Virus record (IMG/VR): IMGVR_UViG_3300030329_004647
Location: 1-64,000 of that record
DNA length: 64,000 nucleotides
Reading direction: 5' to 3' (one strand)
Part shown: in pieces, positions 9,677 through 18,847 of the stretch
How positions within the stretch are numbered: the first letter of the stretch is position 1
How the letters are laid out: every line of letters starts with the position of its first letter
Notes under the pieces: generated by a model
The model's database searches: none
The model's input: the letters and a program-made list of their open reading frames with translations, nothing else
Told to the model about the DNA's origin: nothing
Made by a program: the position numbers and the translations under genes

Positions 9677-10744
9677 ATGAATAACACACAAATACAATTT
9701 TACGAACCAACATTTGCTGGAAATTTTCCATTAATGAATTATTACATTCACACGTTTAATAAAATTGCAAATATAGCAGATTTTTCAGAGTGTTTTAGAG
9801 AAGATGTTTTACAAGAAATAGAATCATCTCCATACCTGGAAAGGATTAACACTATCGAAGAAATTAATTTTGTTAATAATCAAAAAAACGAAAGAAAAAA
9901 TATTATTTACAAAGCTAAAACACAATATGGTGATGGTAAATATATGTTAAGTATTTCACATCATTCAGAGGAGTCAATTTGTAACGCTACTTTACTTTAT
10001 GATAAAAAAACAGAAGTAGAATTTTTAATTAAACTATTAAAGAAATTTTCTACAGTTAGAGAAAAAGAAGTGGGCCTTATAATCAAAGACGAATTTGGAT
10101 TAGCTGTTAGAGGTTTTAAAGTTAGTGCGGGAAAAGATTTTAAAATAGAAGACAATTACAATGAAGATTTTTTAAAAATTGATAAAAAAATTAAAAAATG
10201 TTTATCAGCTAAGAATAAAAGTGGACTACTTCTTCTTCATGGTAAACCAGGTACTGGCAAAACTACCTATATTAAACATCTAGCAGATAGTTTAAAAAAA
10301 CAAATAATTTTTGTTCCACCTATGATGGCAGGGGCAATCGGGGACCCAGGATTTATACCCTTACTCCTCAAAAATCCTGATAGTATTTTAATTATAGAAG
10401 ACGCTGAAAATGTGGTTAAAGATAGGAATGTGACAGGAAACGCAGATGTGGTATCTAATATACTAAATGTAACTGATGGTATTTTAGGAGAGTGTCTTAA
10501 GATACAGATTATAGCTACATTTAATACCGCAAAAACTCAAATAGACGCAGCTCTTCTAAGAAAAGGAAGACTATTAGCAGAATACAAGTTTGATAACTTG
10601 AGTGTAGAAAAAAGTAACAAATTACTAAAAAAACTTGGAAAAAAAGCTAAGACAAAAGAACCAATGTCTTTAGCAGATATTTATTACTATAATGAAGATA
10701 GTACAAGTACTAATAACAATAATAAAATAGGATTTTTTAATTAG
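9677..10744 (+). CDS. AAA+ ATPase (start moved to MNNTQ)
   Basis: LLLHGKPGTGKT, ILIIEDAE, IIATFN, IDAALLRKGRL. Confidence 0.9.
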   Translation: MNNTQIQFYEPTFAGNFPLMNYYIHTFNKIANIADFSECFREDVLQEIESSPYLERINTIEEINFVNNQKNERKNIIYKAKTQYGDGKYMLSISHHSEESICNATLLYDKKTEVEFLIKLLKKFSTVREKEVGLIIKDEFGLAVRGFKVSAGKDFKIEDNYNEDFLKIDKKIKKCLSAKNKSGLLLLHGKPGTGKTTYIKHLADSLKKQIIFVPPMMAGAIGDPGFIPLLLKNPDSILIIEDAENVVKDRNVTGNADVVSNILNVTDGILGECLKIQIIATFNTAKTQIDAALLRKGRLLAEYKFDNLSVEKSNKLLKKLGKKAKTKEPMSLADIYYYNEDSTSTNNNNKIGFFN

Positions 10745-10751
10745 ATAAGAT

Positions 10752-10919
10752 ATGATAAATTGGATAAATGGCTTTAACGCTGGTAACAAAAAAGAAAAAT
10801 ATAGTTTAACATTTAGACTAGGAACATTTACACTGTTCGAACTAAAAGTATCACCTTATGGTAACCCAAATGGTACGGTGCTAAGATTCATGATAATGAA
10901 TTTAGGATTTGAAATTTAA
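10752..10919 (+). CDS. small hypothetical protein (55 aa, not in ORF track)
   Basis: MINWINGFNAGNKKEKYSLTFRLGTF...LGFEI fills the gap. Confidence 0.6.
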   Translation: MINWINGFNAGNKKEKYSLTFRLGTFTLFELKVSPYGNPNGTVLRFMIMNLGFEI

Positions 10920-10924
10920 AAACT

Positions 10925-11194
10925 ATGGAAATAATAATTTATTCTTTAGAAAGTTGTCCTCATTGTGTGGAACTAAAAGAAATGTTAGAAGATGAGGGAT
11001 TATCTTTTAAGGTTAAAGATATTGATGTACACAAAAAAGAGTGGGAACAAATTAGAGAACACACAAAAGTAGATTATGTTCCTACTGTACTAATGGTTGA
11101 TAAAGAGAATAAAACTGGTTCAGTTATAGCCCCAGACCGTGATTATGACGAACTAACTGAATGCGTACAAAAAGTCAAAAACAAACTTCTCTAG
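10925..11194 (+). CDS. glutaredoxin/NrdH-like redoxin
   Basis: YSLESCPHC, YVPTV cis-Pro motif. Confidence 0.88.
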   Translation: MEIIIYSLESCPHCVELKEMLEDEGLSFKVKDIDVHKKEWEQIREHTKVDYVPTVLMVDKENKTGSVIAPDRDYDELTECVQKVKNKLL

Positions 11195-11196
11195 TA

Positions 11197-11204
11197 TATT
11201 TATA
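11197..11204 (+). promoter_or_regulatory. TATTTATA motif (putative late promoter)
   Basis: upstream of ATG 11216. Confidence 0.5.
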
Positions 11205-11215
11205 GTTAAAACTAA

Positions 11216-12781
11216 ATGTCAATTATATTAGAAAACAAAAATAAGAATTCAATTTTTTGGGACACAGTAAAAGATTTAAATGTTAATCTTAAATTTGTGG
11301 GCACTTTTGGATTTGGCATAACTGGACTGTATGGTATTGTACAAGATTTATTATTTAGAACCTTCCCAACACTTACCGAACAAGAAATAATACTCATTTT
11401 TTTAGCTTCTCTTACTTATTTTAGTTCTCATTTAATTGATAATGTTTCAGAATTAAGAAACAAAATTAAAGATAAAAAATTAGAAAAGTATGTTAATAAA
11501 ACCACAGAGGTTTTAAAAAGTTTAGAAAATGTAGGAATACAAGTTGCGAAATCAGCTGGATTTACCATAGGTTCTATGATGGAGTTAGTTGGATATGTGT
11601 TTTTATTGATTCCATTTTTAGACACGGTAACCCAAATAATACAAAATAATAGTTTTGATTTATTTACTTTAGGAACTTATTTAAAGTCTATACTTGCCTC
11701 TATAGGTATTTTTTATGTTAAAAATTTATTTAATTCTTTAGTTTTAAAATTAGCTGGGGGTAAAAAAGATGAGTTAAAAGAAAATTTTATTAAAGATATG
11801 TCACTACTAGAACATGATACGAAAAATGTCTTTAATAGGTGGAAGAAAGAAACAGATAGGGGAGGTGTAGCCCAACGGATTAATGAGGATGACCTTTACT
11901 ATTTTTTAATAGAAGACCCAAGTGAAGATAAGAGATATGTTGATTGGATGGCTAATCAGTTTGTAAGCGGGTATTGGTTAAACGTAAATAGAGAATACCT
12001 AGTTAGATTAATTAAATTATTTCATCACAATTTAGAAAGATTAACCCCTAAAAATGTAAGTAACCTAAAGGATACCTCAATCCCTGAAAAATATTTGTTA
12101 AAAATAATAGACAATCCAGATAATATAGAAAGTTACGCGGGATACCCTCACCTTGAAAAGGTATTATCTCTACTTGCAAAAAGTCAATTTAATTTATCCG
12201 AAGTTGAATTAGGGTTGGGTGAGTTTGAAGAAATGGTAGGTGAATCTAAAAAAGCTGATTTAATTATAGAATCACAAGGACTAGATATTGATGAAGCTTA
12301 CGATGTTTATTTTAATAGTCCAATCAAACACATAAAAGAACACAAAGACCCCAGAATAAACCAACCACTTCAAATAGGTGACGTAGTGGAACTAATATAT
12401 ATGGATGACCCATATAACCCTATATCACCACTAACAAGAGGTGTGGTTATGGGATTTGAACCTACTCCTGGTGAAGATAAAATTCTAGTTCGTTGGATTA
12501 TGGACGCAGAAAATGAAGAGTTTAGAAATTTTCCTATGATACCCGAGGCAGATGTTTGGAGAAAAATAGAACCATCTACGGAGTCTATAACAGAAGGGAA
12601 TCTATATGAATATGATAATGGTATGTTTGGAATTAAGTTTAAAATTTCACCCAATAAAAAGAAAGTATATATTAAGGAGGGTAAATACTACGGTGTTAAA
12701 GCTACTAAAAAACAATTAAAAGAAGACCTATTCCAAAAAATGATACATTTGTTATTAAAAAAAGAAAAATTGGTCTACTAA
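11216..12781 (+). CDS. modular protein: TM-rich module + DPS/KYxxW module + SH3-like module
   Basis: hydrophobic N-terminal third; EDPSEDKRYVDWM resembles 17058/18848; IKE|HKDPRINQPLQIGD resembles repeats in 41862. Confidence 0.75.
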   Translation: MSIILENKNKNSIFWDTVKDLNVNLKFVGTFGFGITGLYGIVQDLLFRTFPTLTEQEIILIFLASLTYFSSHLIDNVSELRNKIKDKKLEKYVNKTTEVLKSLENVGIQVAKSAGFTIGSMMELVGYVFLLIPFLDTVTQIIQNNSFDLFTLGTYLKSILASIGIFYVKNLFNSLVLKLAGGKKDELKENFIKDMSLLEHDTKNVFNRWKKETDRGGVAQRINEDDLYYFLIEDPSEDKRYVDWMANQFVSGYWLNVNREYLVRLIKLFHHNLERLTPKNVSNLKDTSIPEKYLLKIIDNPDNIESYAGYPHLEKVLSLLAKSQFNLSEVELGLGEFEEMVGESKKADLIIESQGLDIDEAYDVYFNSPIKHIKEHKDPRINQPLQIGDVVELIYMDDPYNPISPLTRGVVMGFEPTPGEDKILVRWIMDAENEEFRNFPMIPEADVWRKIEPSTESITEGNLYEYDNGMFGIKFKISPNKKKVYIKEGKYYGVKATKKQLKEDLFQKMIHLLLKKEKLVY

Positions 12782-12966
12782 ATTTCGTCGGACACCATTC
12801 TTTGTTTGTATATCGCTTTTTGTTTCATTTCTCTAAGTCTGTCTGATTTTTTGGTAAAAGCCTTTTTATCTCTTAGAGTTTTTAATTGTTTTGTCAATTT
12901 TACTTTTCTTCTAAGTGTTTTTAAGGCTCTGTTTAAATTATTTTTTTCTATTTTAACTATTAACAT
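12778..12966 (-). CDS. rpsU: ribosomal protein bS21 homologue
   Basis: MLIVKIEKNNLNRALKTLRRKV...FTKKSDRLREMKQKAIY fits the Bacteroidota bS21 pattern; 62 aa, very basic. Confidence 0.85.
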   Translation of the reverse strand: MLIVKIEKNNLNRALKTLRRKVKLTKQLKTLRDKKAFTKKSDRLREMKQKAIYKQRMVSDEI

Positions 12967-12990
12967 TTAATTCATTTTAATTTATTAGTA

Positions 12991-13662
12991 CTATTTTTTC
13001 TTTTTACTACCAATAACTTCATCAATCAAACCGTATTTAAGAGATTCATCCGCTGTCATCCAATTGTCTCTTTCTGCATCTTTCATTACTTGTTCCGCGT
13101 CTTTATCACAGTACTCTCCGAGTAACTCAAATAATGTTTTATTTATTTTTTCCCACTCCATAAAATCAATTCTAGCGTCTTGTATGTTTCCTATAGAACC
13201 ACCACTAGATTGGTGTATCATACTTCTAGAAAACCTAAGTGAAGCTCTTTTACCCTTTGCTCCCGCTCCTAAAAGTACAGCACCCATACTAGCTGCCATA
13301 CCTGTATTGATAGTAGCAATATCACATTTAACATAATTCATGACATCTATAATACTTAGTCCGGATTTTACAGAACCGCCTGGAGAGTCTATATGCATTA
13401 CAATATCACTTTTACTATCTAGATTGTCTAGAAACATAAGTTGTGCTTGTACTATTGTAGACATCCCATCATTAATTGGTCCTGCACACCAGATAATACG
13501 TTCCATCATTAATCGAGAGAATATATCCATTTGGGTTACTCTCATTTCTCTCTCCTCTAGGATAAAAGGAGTCATACTACTTTCATAGTCGTGTAACGCT
13601 AAAGAAGACACTCCTAAGTGTTTCGTTGCGTAACTTTTAAATTCATTTTTTACATTCAACAT
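12991..13662 (-). CDS. clpP: ATP-dependent Clp protease proteolytic subunit
   Basis: MDIFSRLMMERII, HIDSPGGSV, GMAASMG (catalytic Ser), MIHQ (His), ERDNWMTA, YGLIDEV. Confidence 0.96.
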   Translation of the reverse strand: MLNVKNEFKSYATKHLGVSSLALHDYESSMTPFILEEREMRVTQMDIFSRLMMERIIWCAGPINDGMSTIVQAQLMFLDNLDSKSDIVMHIDSPGGSVKSGLSIIDVMNYVKCDIATINTGMAASMGAVLLGAGAKGKRASLRFSRSMIHQSSGGSIGNIQDARIDFMEWEKINKTLFELLGEYCDKDAEQVMKDAERDNWMTADESLKYGLIDEVIGSKKKK

Positions 13663-13675
13663 AATATTATTTTTT

Positions 13676-14734
13676 TTATAAAGGTACGAAAAATTTTAAC
13701 TTATTCAAATTTTCCCACATAAAATTTGATTCACCAGATAACTCACCAAAGTAATTATTCATACAGGCATTTTTATATATAGGTTTAGATAACTCTAAAT
13801 CATTTATTATTTCAGGCATAGAAAAAGGAAAAACATCCAATATTAAACTTTTTAACCAACGTTCTTCTACAATAAGTGTTCCAAAACAATTCATAGATAT
13901 AGATATCGGTTTATCTTTAGAATCTCCCCACGCAATAGATATTAAACATTCATTTGCAAAATTTGCTCTCACCACATGTTTAGCTATATTTCTAGCTAAC
14001 AAACTTCCAGTTCTACTAAAAAAAGATGGGTCTTTCCCTACAAAATTTGGATTGGATAATTTAAGCCCATTTCTAGTAACTAAAGAGGGATTCCAAGACA
14101 AAGAAGTGCCTACGGAAACATCTGGACAAAGTTTTTTATGGGTTACTGTTCTGATATTTGGTGCTTGTCTCCCCAACTCAACACTTTTAAACACATCTGA
14201 AACTAAAGACTCAACATTTTTAATAGTTTTACTATTTTCTAAATCTAGAATCACATCGGTAAATTTAGTATTAAATCCATCAACCTCTGAAACTAACACA
14301 CACTTACCACTACGGGATATTCCTTTTTCCCAAAGGTTATGTGTAAGAAGTTGTCCTACTTTATCTTCTTTACTAATAAATTCCGCGGTTTCGGAATTTG
14401 CATAACCATACGTCACACAAGAAGGTCTTACTACTTCATCTGCAACATCATTTAAAAAACTTACATGTCTTATGGATGTGGTACCAAAATAAGATGTGTC
14501 CCCTGTGTAACCAAGAGTATCAGCTACTTCTAAAACACACTCATCAGTATCTATTTTGTTTTCAGAAAAAACTTCTCCACTAATAATAGATATTTGATTT
14601 TTGATAGTCGTTCTTACATCTAGCTTAACATCTTTAGATTTTTTTATATGACCATCTAATATTGTTTCAGAGATTGTGGATGAAACTCGGTCAGGATGTC
14701 CCGGCAAAAGATATTCAGTTATTTTTTTATACAT
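13676..14734 (-). CDS. metK: S-adenosylmethionine synthetase-like protein with degenerate active site
   Basis: GHPDR, SGEV, YGYANSET, GKDPS, ARNIAKHVV, KPIYKN retained; GAGDQG and GGPxGDxGLTGRKII signatures absent. Confidence 0.8.
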   Translation of the reverse strand: MYKKITEYLLPGHPDRVSSTISETILDGHIKKSKDVKLDVRTTIKNQISIISGEVFSENKIDTDECVLEVADTLGYTGDTSYFGTTSIRHVSFLNDVADEVVRPSCVTYGYANSETAEFISKEDKVGQLLTHNLWEKGISRSGKCVLVSEVDGFNTKFTDVILDLENSKTIKNVESLVSDVFKSVELGRQAPNIRTVTHKKLCPDVSVGTSLSWNPSLVTRNGLKLSNPNFVGKDPSFFSRTGSLLARNIAKHVVRANFANECLISIAWGDSKDKPISISMNCFGTLIVEERWLKSLILDVFPFSMPEIINDLELSKPIYKNACMNNYFGELSGESNFMWENLNKLKFFVPL

Positions 14735-14799
14735 TTTAAATTATTTAATCAAAATATAATAAAAATAACTGAATAGTCTAAATGGTAGAGATAAAAAAT

Positions 14800-15414
14800 T
14801 TATACAATATCTTTTGACTCAATCAAAGTATAAGTAAAGTTGTTGCTCCAAGTATCTCTTGCTTTTCTCATAATTTTCATAAAAAGAGTCCAATCATCAT
14901 TTGCTGCAATTACTTGACACCCTGCTGACCACTTATCTACTTTAGTAGATTTTTTACCAGCGTACTTGGTAGCTCTATGTATATTAATCCCAAATAAACC
15001 AGTCATAGTATTGTCATCACTTAAATCATAAGTACCATCTTTGTTAGCGTCTCTATAGACAGTAACAGGTCTTTGTTGGCCTAATGCTTCGTATCTTCCT
15101 TGGTGTTTTCTAATTTTATGAGAACCTTTGTATTGCCCCTCCTTAAGAACAGCGACCCCTTCCTTGCGCATTATATTCTCCACCCAATGCGTGCCGGGGT
15201 CTGTAGTACACTCAAAGCAGTAGAATTTCCATTCACCCTCTTTTTTGTATGAAACAGTTATACAGTCGTCAAAACGATTAGTGACTTTGTTTTTGGTTTC
15301 AGAGTTTCTGATACCGACGATATTAACATTATAATCGCCATTTTCGAACCATTTGTAACCTTTTTCTTTTACAGCAGATTCGATTTGTTCCCTTGTGTAA
15401 CAAGTTTTACTCAT
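14800..15414 (-). CDS. YkuD/L,D-transpeptidase-like peptidoglycan enzyme (possible endolysin)
   Basis: GINIH-x16-SAGCQV His/Cys motif; VNIVGIRN, TTDPG. Confidence 0.55.
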   Translation of the reverse strand: MSKTCYTREQIESAVKEKGYKWFENGDYNVNIVGIRNSETKNKVTNRFDDCITVSYKKEGEWKFYCFECTTDPGTHWVENIMRKEGVAVLKEGQYKGSHKIRKHQGRYEALGQQRPVTVYRDANKDGTYDLSDDNTMTGLFGINIHRATKYAGKKSTKVDKWSAGCQVIAANDDWTLFMKIMRKARDTWSNNFTYTLIESKDIV

Positions 15415-15450
15415 AATTTTTTATTTTTGTTAAGTTCTTATTTTATTTAT

Positions 15451-16545
15451 CTAACTGGTTCTCCAGTTTAGTTCATCAATAAATATTTCGTTGAAGTGAT
15501 TTTCCACTTCAGTGTTGTCAGGGTATTCAGAAACTCGTGGACACAGAAGTCCTCCATTATAGTCATTCTCTTCCATTGCCGTAACTAAAGTACCAAACCA
15601 ACTACCTTCTTCTAAATAAGGGTCAGCATAACTCTCCCATTGTTTAATAACATCCCAGAATTTATCGGTAATATCTATTTTATATTTCCAATTAGGCACC
15701 TCAACCAATTGACCTTCTTTATTTCTTCTACGACTACTCCCAGACTGAACACTTTCTCCCTGAGGTAAAATTTCTCTAACTGCATCAACATAGGTGTTAT
15801 AATATTCCCCAAGAGAAATATCATTATAAGCCGTATCAAACGTATCCCGTATAGCTCCTTCCACTTCTTCTAGCTCTTCGGTGTTTCCTATTAATACTGA
15901 CATATTATATCTGTCTTTAGCTACACTCATTATTCTATCTGGTGTGAGAATAAAACCACTCTTTCTATCACCTAATTTGTCAGCATCAACCCAAGAACCA
16001 AACTCTTCTCTAAAAGAAGAAACTTCCATATTACTAAAGTTTTCTAGTAAAAAATCTACAAGTTTTTGATAGTTTTCCTCACTCATTATGGAGTCTTCAT
16101 TAACATTTCCTACTATGTCTTCTAAACTCATACTGCCATAATGAGGTTCCCAATCTAAACCTTCTTCAGAAAATATTTGTTCAGCTAGGTCCCTACAAGG
16201 TATGTCTTGTCTATAATAACCATCTGTACTAAACAACTGTGACAAATCATTCTCATTATCTAGATATAAAAAATATTTATCACCCTCTTGTTTAACATCC
16301 CCAATATCCCTTGAAACCAAATCAAAAGCTAACTTTTCATAAGGCTTATAACTACTATCAACTAAGGGAGGGACTATTTTTAAATAATTGTCTTCGTCAA
16401 ATAAATCTACAAGTTGGTCTAGTTGGTCATTCTTCTTATAATAATCAAAAATAGAATATATATCATGACCAAATAGTTTTTCAGCATCCTCTATCGTGTC
16501 AAGTTGCTCGTAGACTAAATTCTTTATGATGTTTACCAGTTTCAT
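15451..16545 (-). CDS. acidic protein with N-terminal leader MKLVNIIKNLVYE|Q
   Basis: Asp/Glu-rich ORF; TATTTATA 4 nt before ATG. Confidence 0.75.
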   Translation of the reverse strand: MKLVNIIKNLVYEQLDTIEDAEKLFGHDIYSIFDYYKKNDQLDQLVDLFDEDNYLKIVPPLVDSSYKPYEKLAFDLVSRDIGDVKQEGDKYFLYLDNENDLSQLFSTDGYYRQDIPCRDLAEQIFSEEGLDWEPHYGSMSLEDIVGNVNEDSIMSEENYQKLVDFLLENFSNMEVSSFREEFGSWVDADKLGDRKSGFILTPDRIMSVAKDRYNMSVLIGNTEELEEVEGAIRDTFDTAYNDISLGEYYNTYVDAVREILPQGESVQSGSSRRRNKEGQLVEVPNWKYKIDITDKFWDVIKQWESYADPYLEEGSWFGTLVTAMEENDYNGGLLCPRVSEYPDNTEVENHFNEIFIDELNWRTS

Positions 16546-16549
16546 ATCC

Positions 16550-16557
16550 TATAAATA
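16550..16557 (-). promoter_or_regulatory. TATTTATA motif (putative late promoter)
   Basis: + strand TATAAATA; 4 nt from ATG 16545. Confidence 0.55.
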
Positions 16558-16572
16558 TTTCCTCTAATAAAG

Positions 16573-16596
16573 AAAAAAGTCAGATTACTCTGACTT
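16573..16596 (-). terminator. intrinsic terminator
   Basis: AAGTCAGA-GTAA-TCTGACTT then T run on minus strand. Confidence 0.7.
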
Positions 16597-16737
16597 CTTT
16601 AAAACATTATCTCTTATTTCAAGGTACCGTTTGATAGCTTTTTTAACTTTTTCAGTTCTAGACTTATCTACTGAAGGTGGTTTATATTGTGAGTTAGAAA
16701 CCTTTGACTTTTTATTTTTTTTACATCCACATCCCAT
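16585..16737 (-). CDS. small basic protein (50 aa, MGCGCK start; not in ORF track)
   Basis: MGCGCKKNKKSKVSNSQYKPPSVDKSRTEKVKKAIKRYLEIRDNVLKKSE. Confidence 0.6.
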   Translation of the reverse strand: MGCGCKKNKKSKVSNSQYKPPSVDKSRTEKVKKAIKRYLEIRDNVLKKSE

Positions 16738-16740
16738 AAC

Positions 16741-16965
16741 TTATTTTTTAATAAATTCATCAAACGCTCCATTTTTAGCAGTTTCTAAAAAAAGGTCAAA
16801 TTGTTCTTTAGTGAACCTAGTATAACCCTCCTCTTTACCACCGATTATAACGGTATCATTATCTTTATTAATATCTATACTGGGACATTTACAACTCCCA
16901 CTACCACAAAAAGTTATTTGTAAACTATTGTGTGTTTTTTCATAAGGTAAATTATTGTACATCAT
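16741..16965 (-). CDS. small Cys-containing protein, weak DUF397-like pattern
   Basis: FCGSGSCKCPSIDI...VIIG...FTKEQFDLFLETAKNGAFD; preceded by TATTTATC at 16979-16986. Confidence 0.55.
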   Translation of the reverse strand: MMYNNLPYEKTHNSLQITFCGSGSCKCPSIDINKDNDTVIIGGKEEGYTRFTKEQFDLFLETAKNGAFDEFIKK

Positions 16966-17036
16966 ACTGTATTTTTTAGATAAATATATTATTGATTAAT
17001 TATGTGTAAACCTTATACGGATAAAAATGATTGGTA

Positions 17037-17044
17037 TATTTATT
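17037..17044 (+). promoter_or_regulatory. TATTTATT motif (putative late promoter)
   Basis: upstream of ATG 17058. Confidence 0.45.
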
Positions 17045-17057
17045 ATAAACGCCTAAG

Positions 17058-18845
17058 ATGAATCTATTTGAAAATATAAAAATTTTATTAAAAGAAGATA
17101 GAGTTAGTGATGTGCTAAAAAAATATAGTAAAAACCCTAACCTATCCCAAGACCTTTTTGATGTTATAGTACAAGGTAGTAGTGAAATCGCGGGTAACCA
17201 AAAATACTTAGATTGGATTGTTAGTAGATGGTTAAAATCTAGAGCAGATAATCCAGAAACAGTTACATCATCTAAAGAAAGTGCACAAGAGGTTATCGAC
17301 GCGGTAAGAACCTTTGATAAGGTAAGAAATACTTTAGACATTAAGAACTTATACGATTATAAAACCATCACCCAATTATTTGATACTTTAAGAGCGGTAC
17401 AAAAAAAAGCAAGAAGAAATGTAAGTAGTAGAGAGGACGCTACTAAAGTTTTTGAAAATGACCAGTTTACTATTATGGTGCCAGAAAGTAAAGAAGCTTC
17501 GTGTTATTATGGTGCTGGTACAAAATGGTGTGTCGCGTCTACCGATACTGATTCTCATTATAACAATTATAAACAGTCTGGAGAACTTTACTACATAATT
17601 GATAAAACAAAACCTACATCGGACCCGACATACAAGGTAGCTCTTAATAAAAAATTAACAGGGGAGGAAGATTATTGGAATGCTATAGATAAAATGATAA
17701 CAGATACATCACTTATTGATTCTATAGTAAATAACGAAGATTTAATGAAGACAATAAGAGTACATTTTGAAGGTATTCATGGAGAAAGAGCAGCTCAGGC
17801 AGAAAGAGAAAGAAAACAAAGAGAACAAGAAAGAGCAACACAAGATGCAGAAAGAAGACAACGAGAAAGACAAAGGAGAGCACGTTTAAACGCTGAAGCA
17901 CAGACTAGAAGAGAAAATGGTGAATGGGAAGAATATGATTTAGCTCATGCATTGATGACATATTTAATTGAAAATGGTGATTGGGAAGGAAGTAGTAAAG
18001 AAGAAATACAAGACCAAATAGACACTCTAAGAGATGAAATGGAAAATGACCCAGAAGTTATAAATGACCCAGATGGTCCAAGAGCTCAGGAGTACGGGGA
18101 AGATTTAAATAATTTAGAAGAAGAATTAGAAGAGGCAGAAGATGTTTATGAGTTAATCCCAGAACCTTATGAGACTGAGGACTATGCAGGATTTGAATAT
18201 GGTGGAGCTGAATGGTTAGTGGCGACAGAGGAGGGTGCTGATGAATATGCATATGAAAGAGTAGAAAGTTTAATAGACGATATAGGATATGAAGGATTCA
18301 ATGAAGGATTTGTAGACAATCATATAGATGGTGACCAAATGGCAAATTATTATGAGGAGTGGTTTAGAGATGAGGTAGAAGAAGAACCAGACAGTTATTT
18401 AGATAATGATATCTATGGTGATGATATGGAGTTAACAAGTGAAGCAAAAGAAGAGATTGAAAAAATAAAAGATGTAATAGGGGAGTTTAATGAGGAACTA
18501 GAAGAAACCGATGACCCAATCATGAGGGAGGAACTAGAAGATAAAATACAAGATTTAGAAAGTGAGATAGAAGACCTTGAAGACGATGAAGATTCTTATG
18601 AATTTACAGACGAGGCAAAAGAAAGATATGTAGAGGGTAGAATGGACGATATAAGATATGACCCTGCTGCTTTTATGAGAGACTATGGGATGGAAAGAGA
18701 AATCGAAAACTTTATAGACCAAGAAAGTTTTATTGAGGACGTAATAAACTCTGATGGTAGAGGTCATACTATTTCTTCCTATGACGGTGAAGAAGATGAG
18801 GTAGAGTATGAAGGAGAAACATATTACATATATAGAATGAATTAA
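17058..18845 (+). CDS. leader-bearing protein with ASCYYGAGTKWC domain and hyperacidic C-terminus
   Basis: MNLFENIKILLKE|D; KVFEND..EASCYYGAGTKWC; charged helix linker; D/E-rich tail. Confidence 0.8.
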   Translation: MNLFENIKILLKEDRVSDVLKKYSKNPNLSQDLFDVIVQGSSEIAGNQKYLDWIVSRWLKSRADNPETVTSSKESAQEVIDAVRTFDKVRNTLDIKNLYDYKTITQLFDTLRAVQKKARRNVSSREDATKVFENDQFTIMVPESKEASCYYGAGTKWCVASTDTDSHYNNYKQSGELYYIIDKTKPTSDPTYKVALNKKLTGEEDYWNAIDKMITDTSLIDSIVNNEDLMKTIRVHFEGIHGERAAQAERERKQREQERATQDAERRQRERQRRARLNAEAQTRRENGEWEEYDLAHALMTYLIENGDWEGSSKEEIQDQIDTLRDEMENDPEVINDPDGPRAQEYGEDLNNLEEELEEAEDVYELIPEPYETEDYAGFEYGGAEWLVATEEGADEYAYERVESLIDDIGYEGFNEGFVDNHIDGDQMANYYEEWFRDEVEEEPDSYLDNDIYGDDMELTSEAKEEIEKIKDVIGEFNEELEETDDPIMREELEDKIQDLESEIEDLEDDEDSYEFTDEAKERYVEGRMDDIRYDPAAFMRDYGMEREIENFIDQESFIEDVINSDGRGHTISSYDGEEDEVEYEGETYYIYRMN

Positions 18846-18847
18846 TT

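Noticed and set aside
13676-14734. Calling metK a pseudogene
   Set aside because: The ORF is full length, has no frameshift and keeps structural motifs to the C-terminus; the loss is concentrated at catalytic positions
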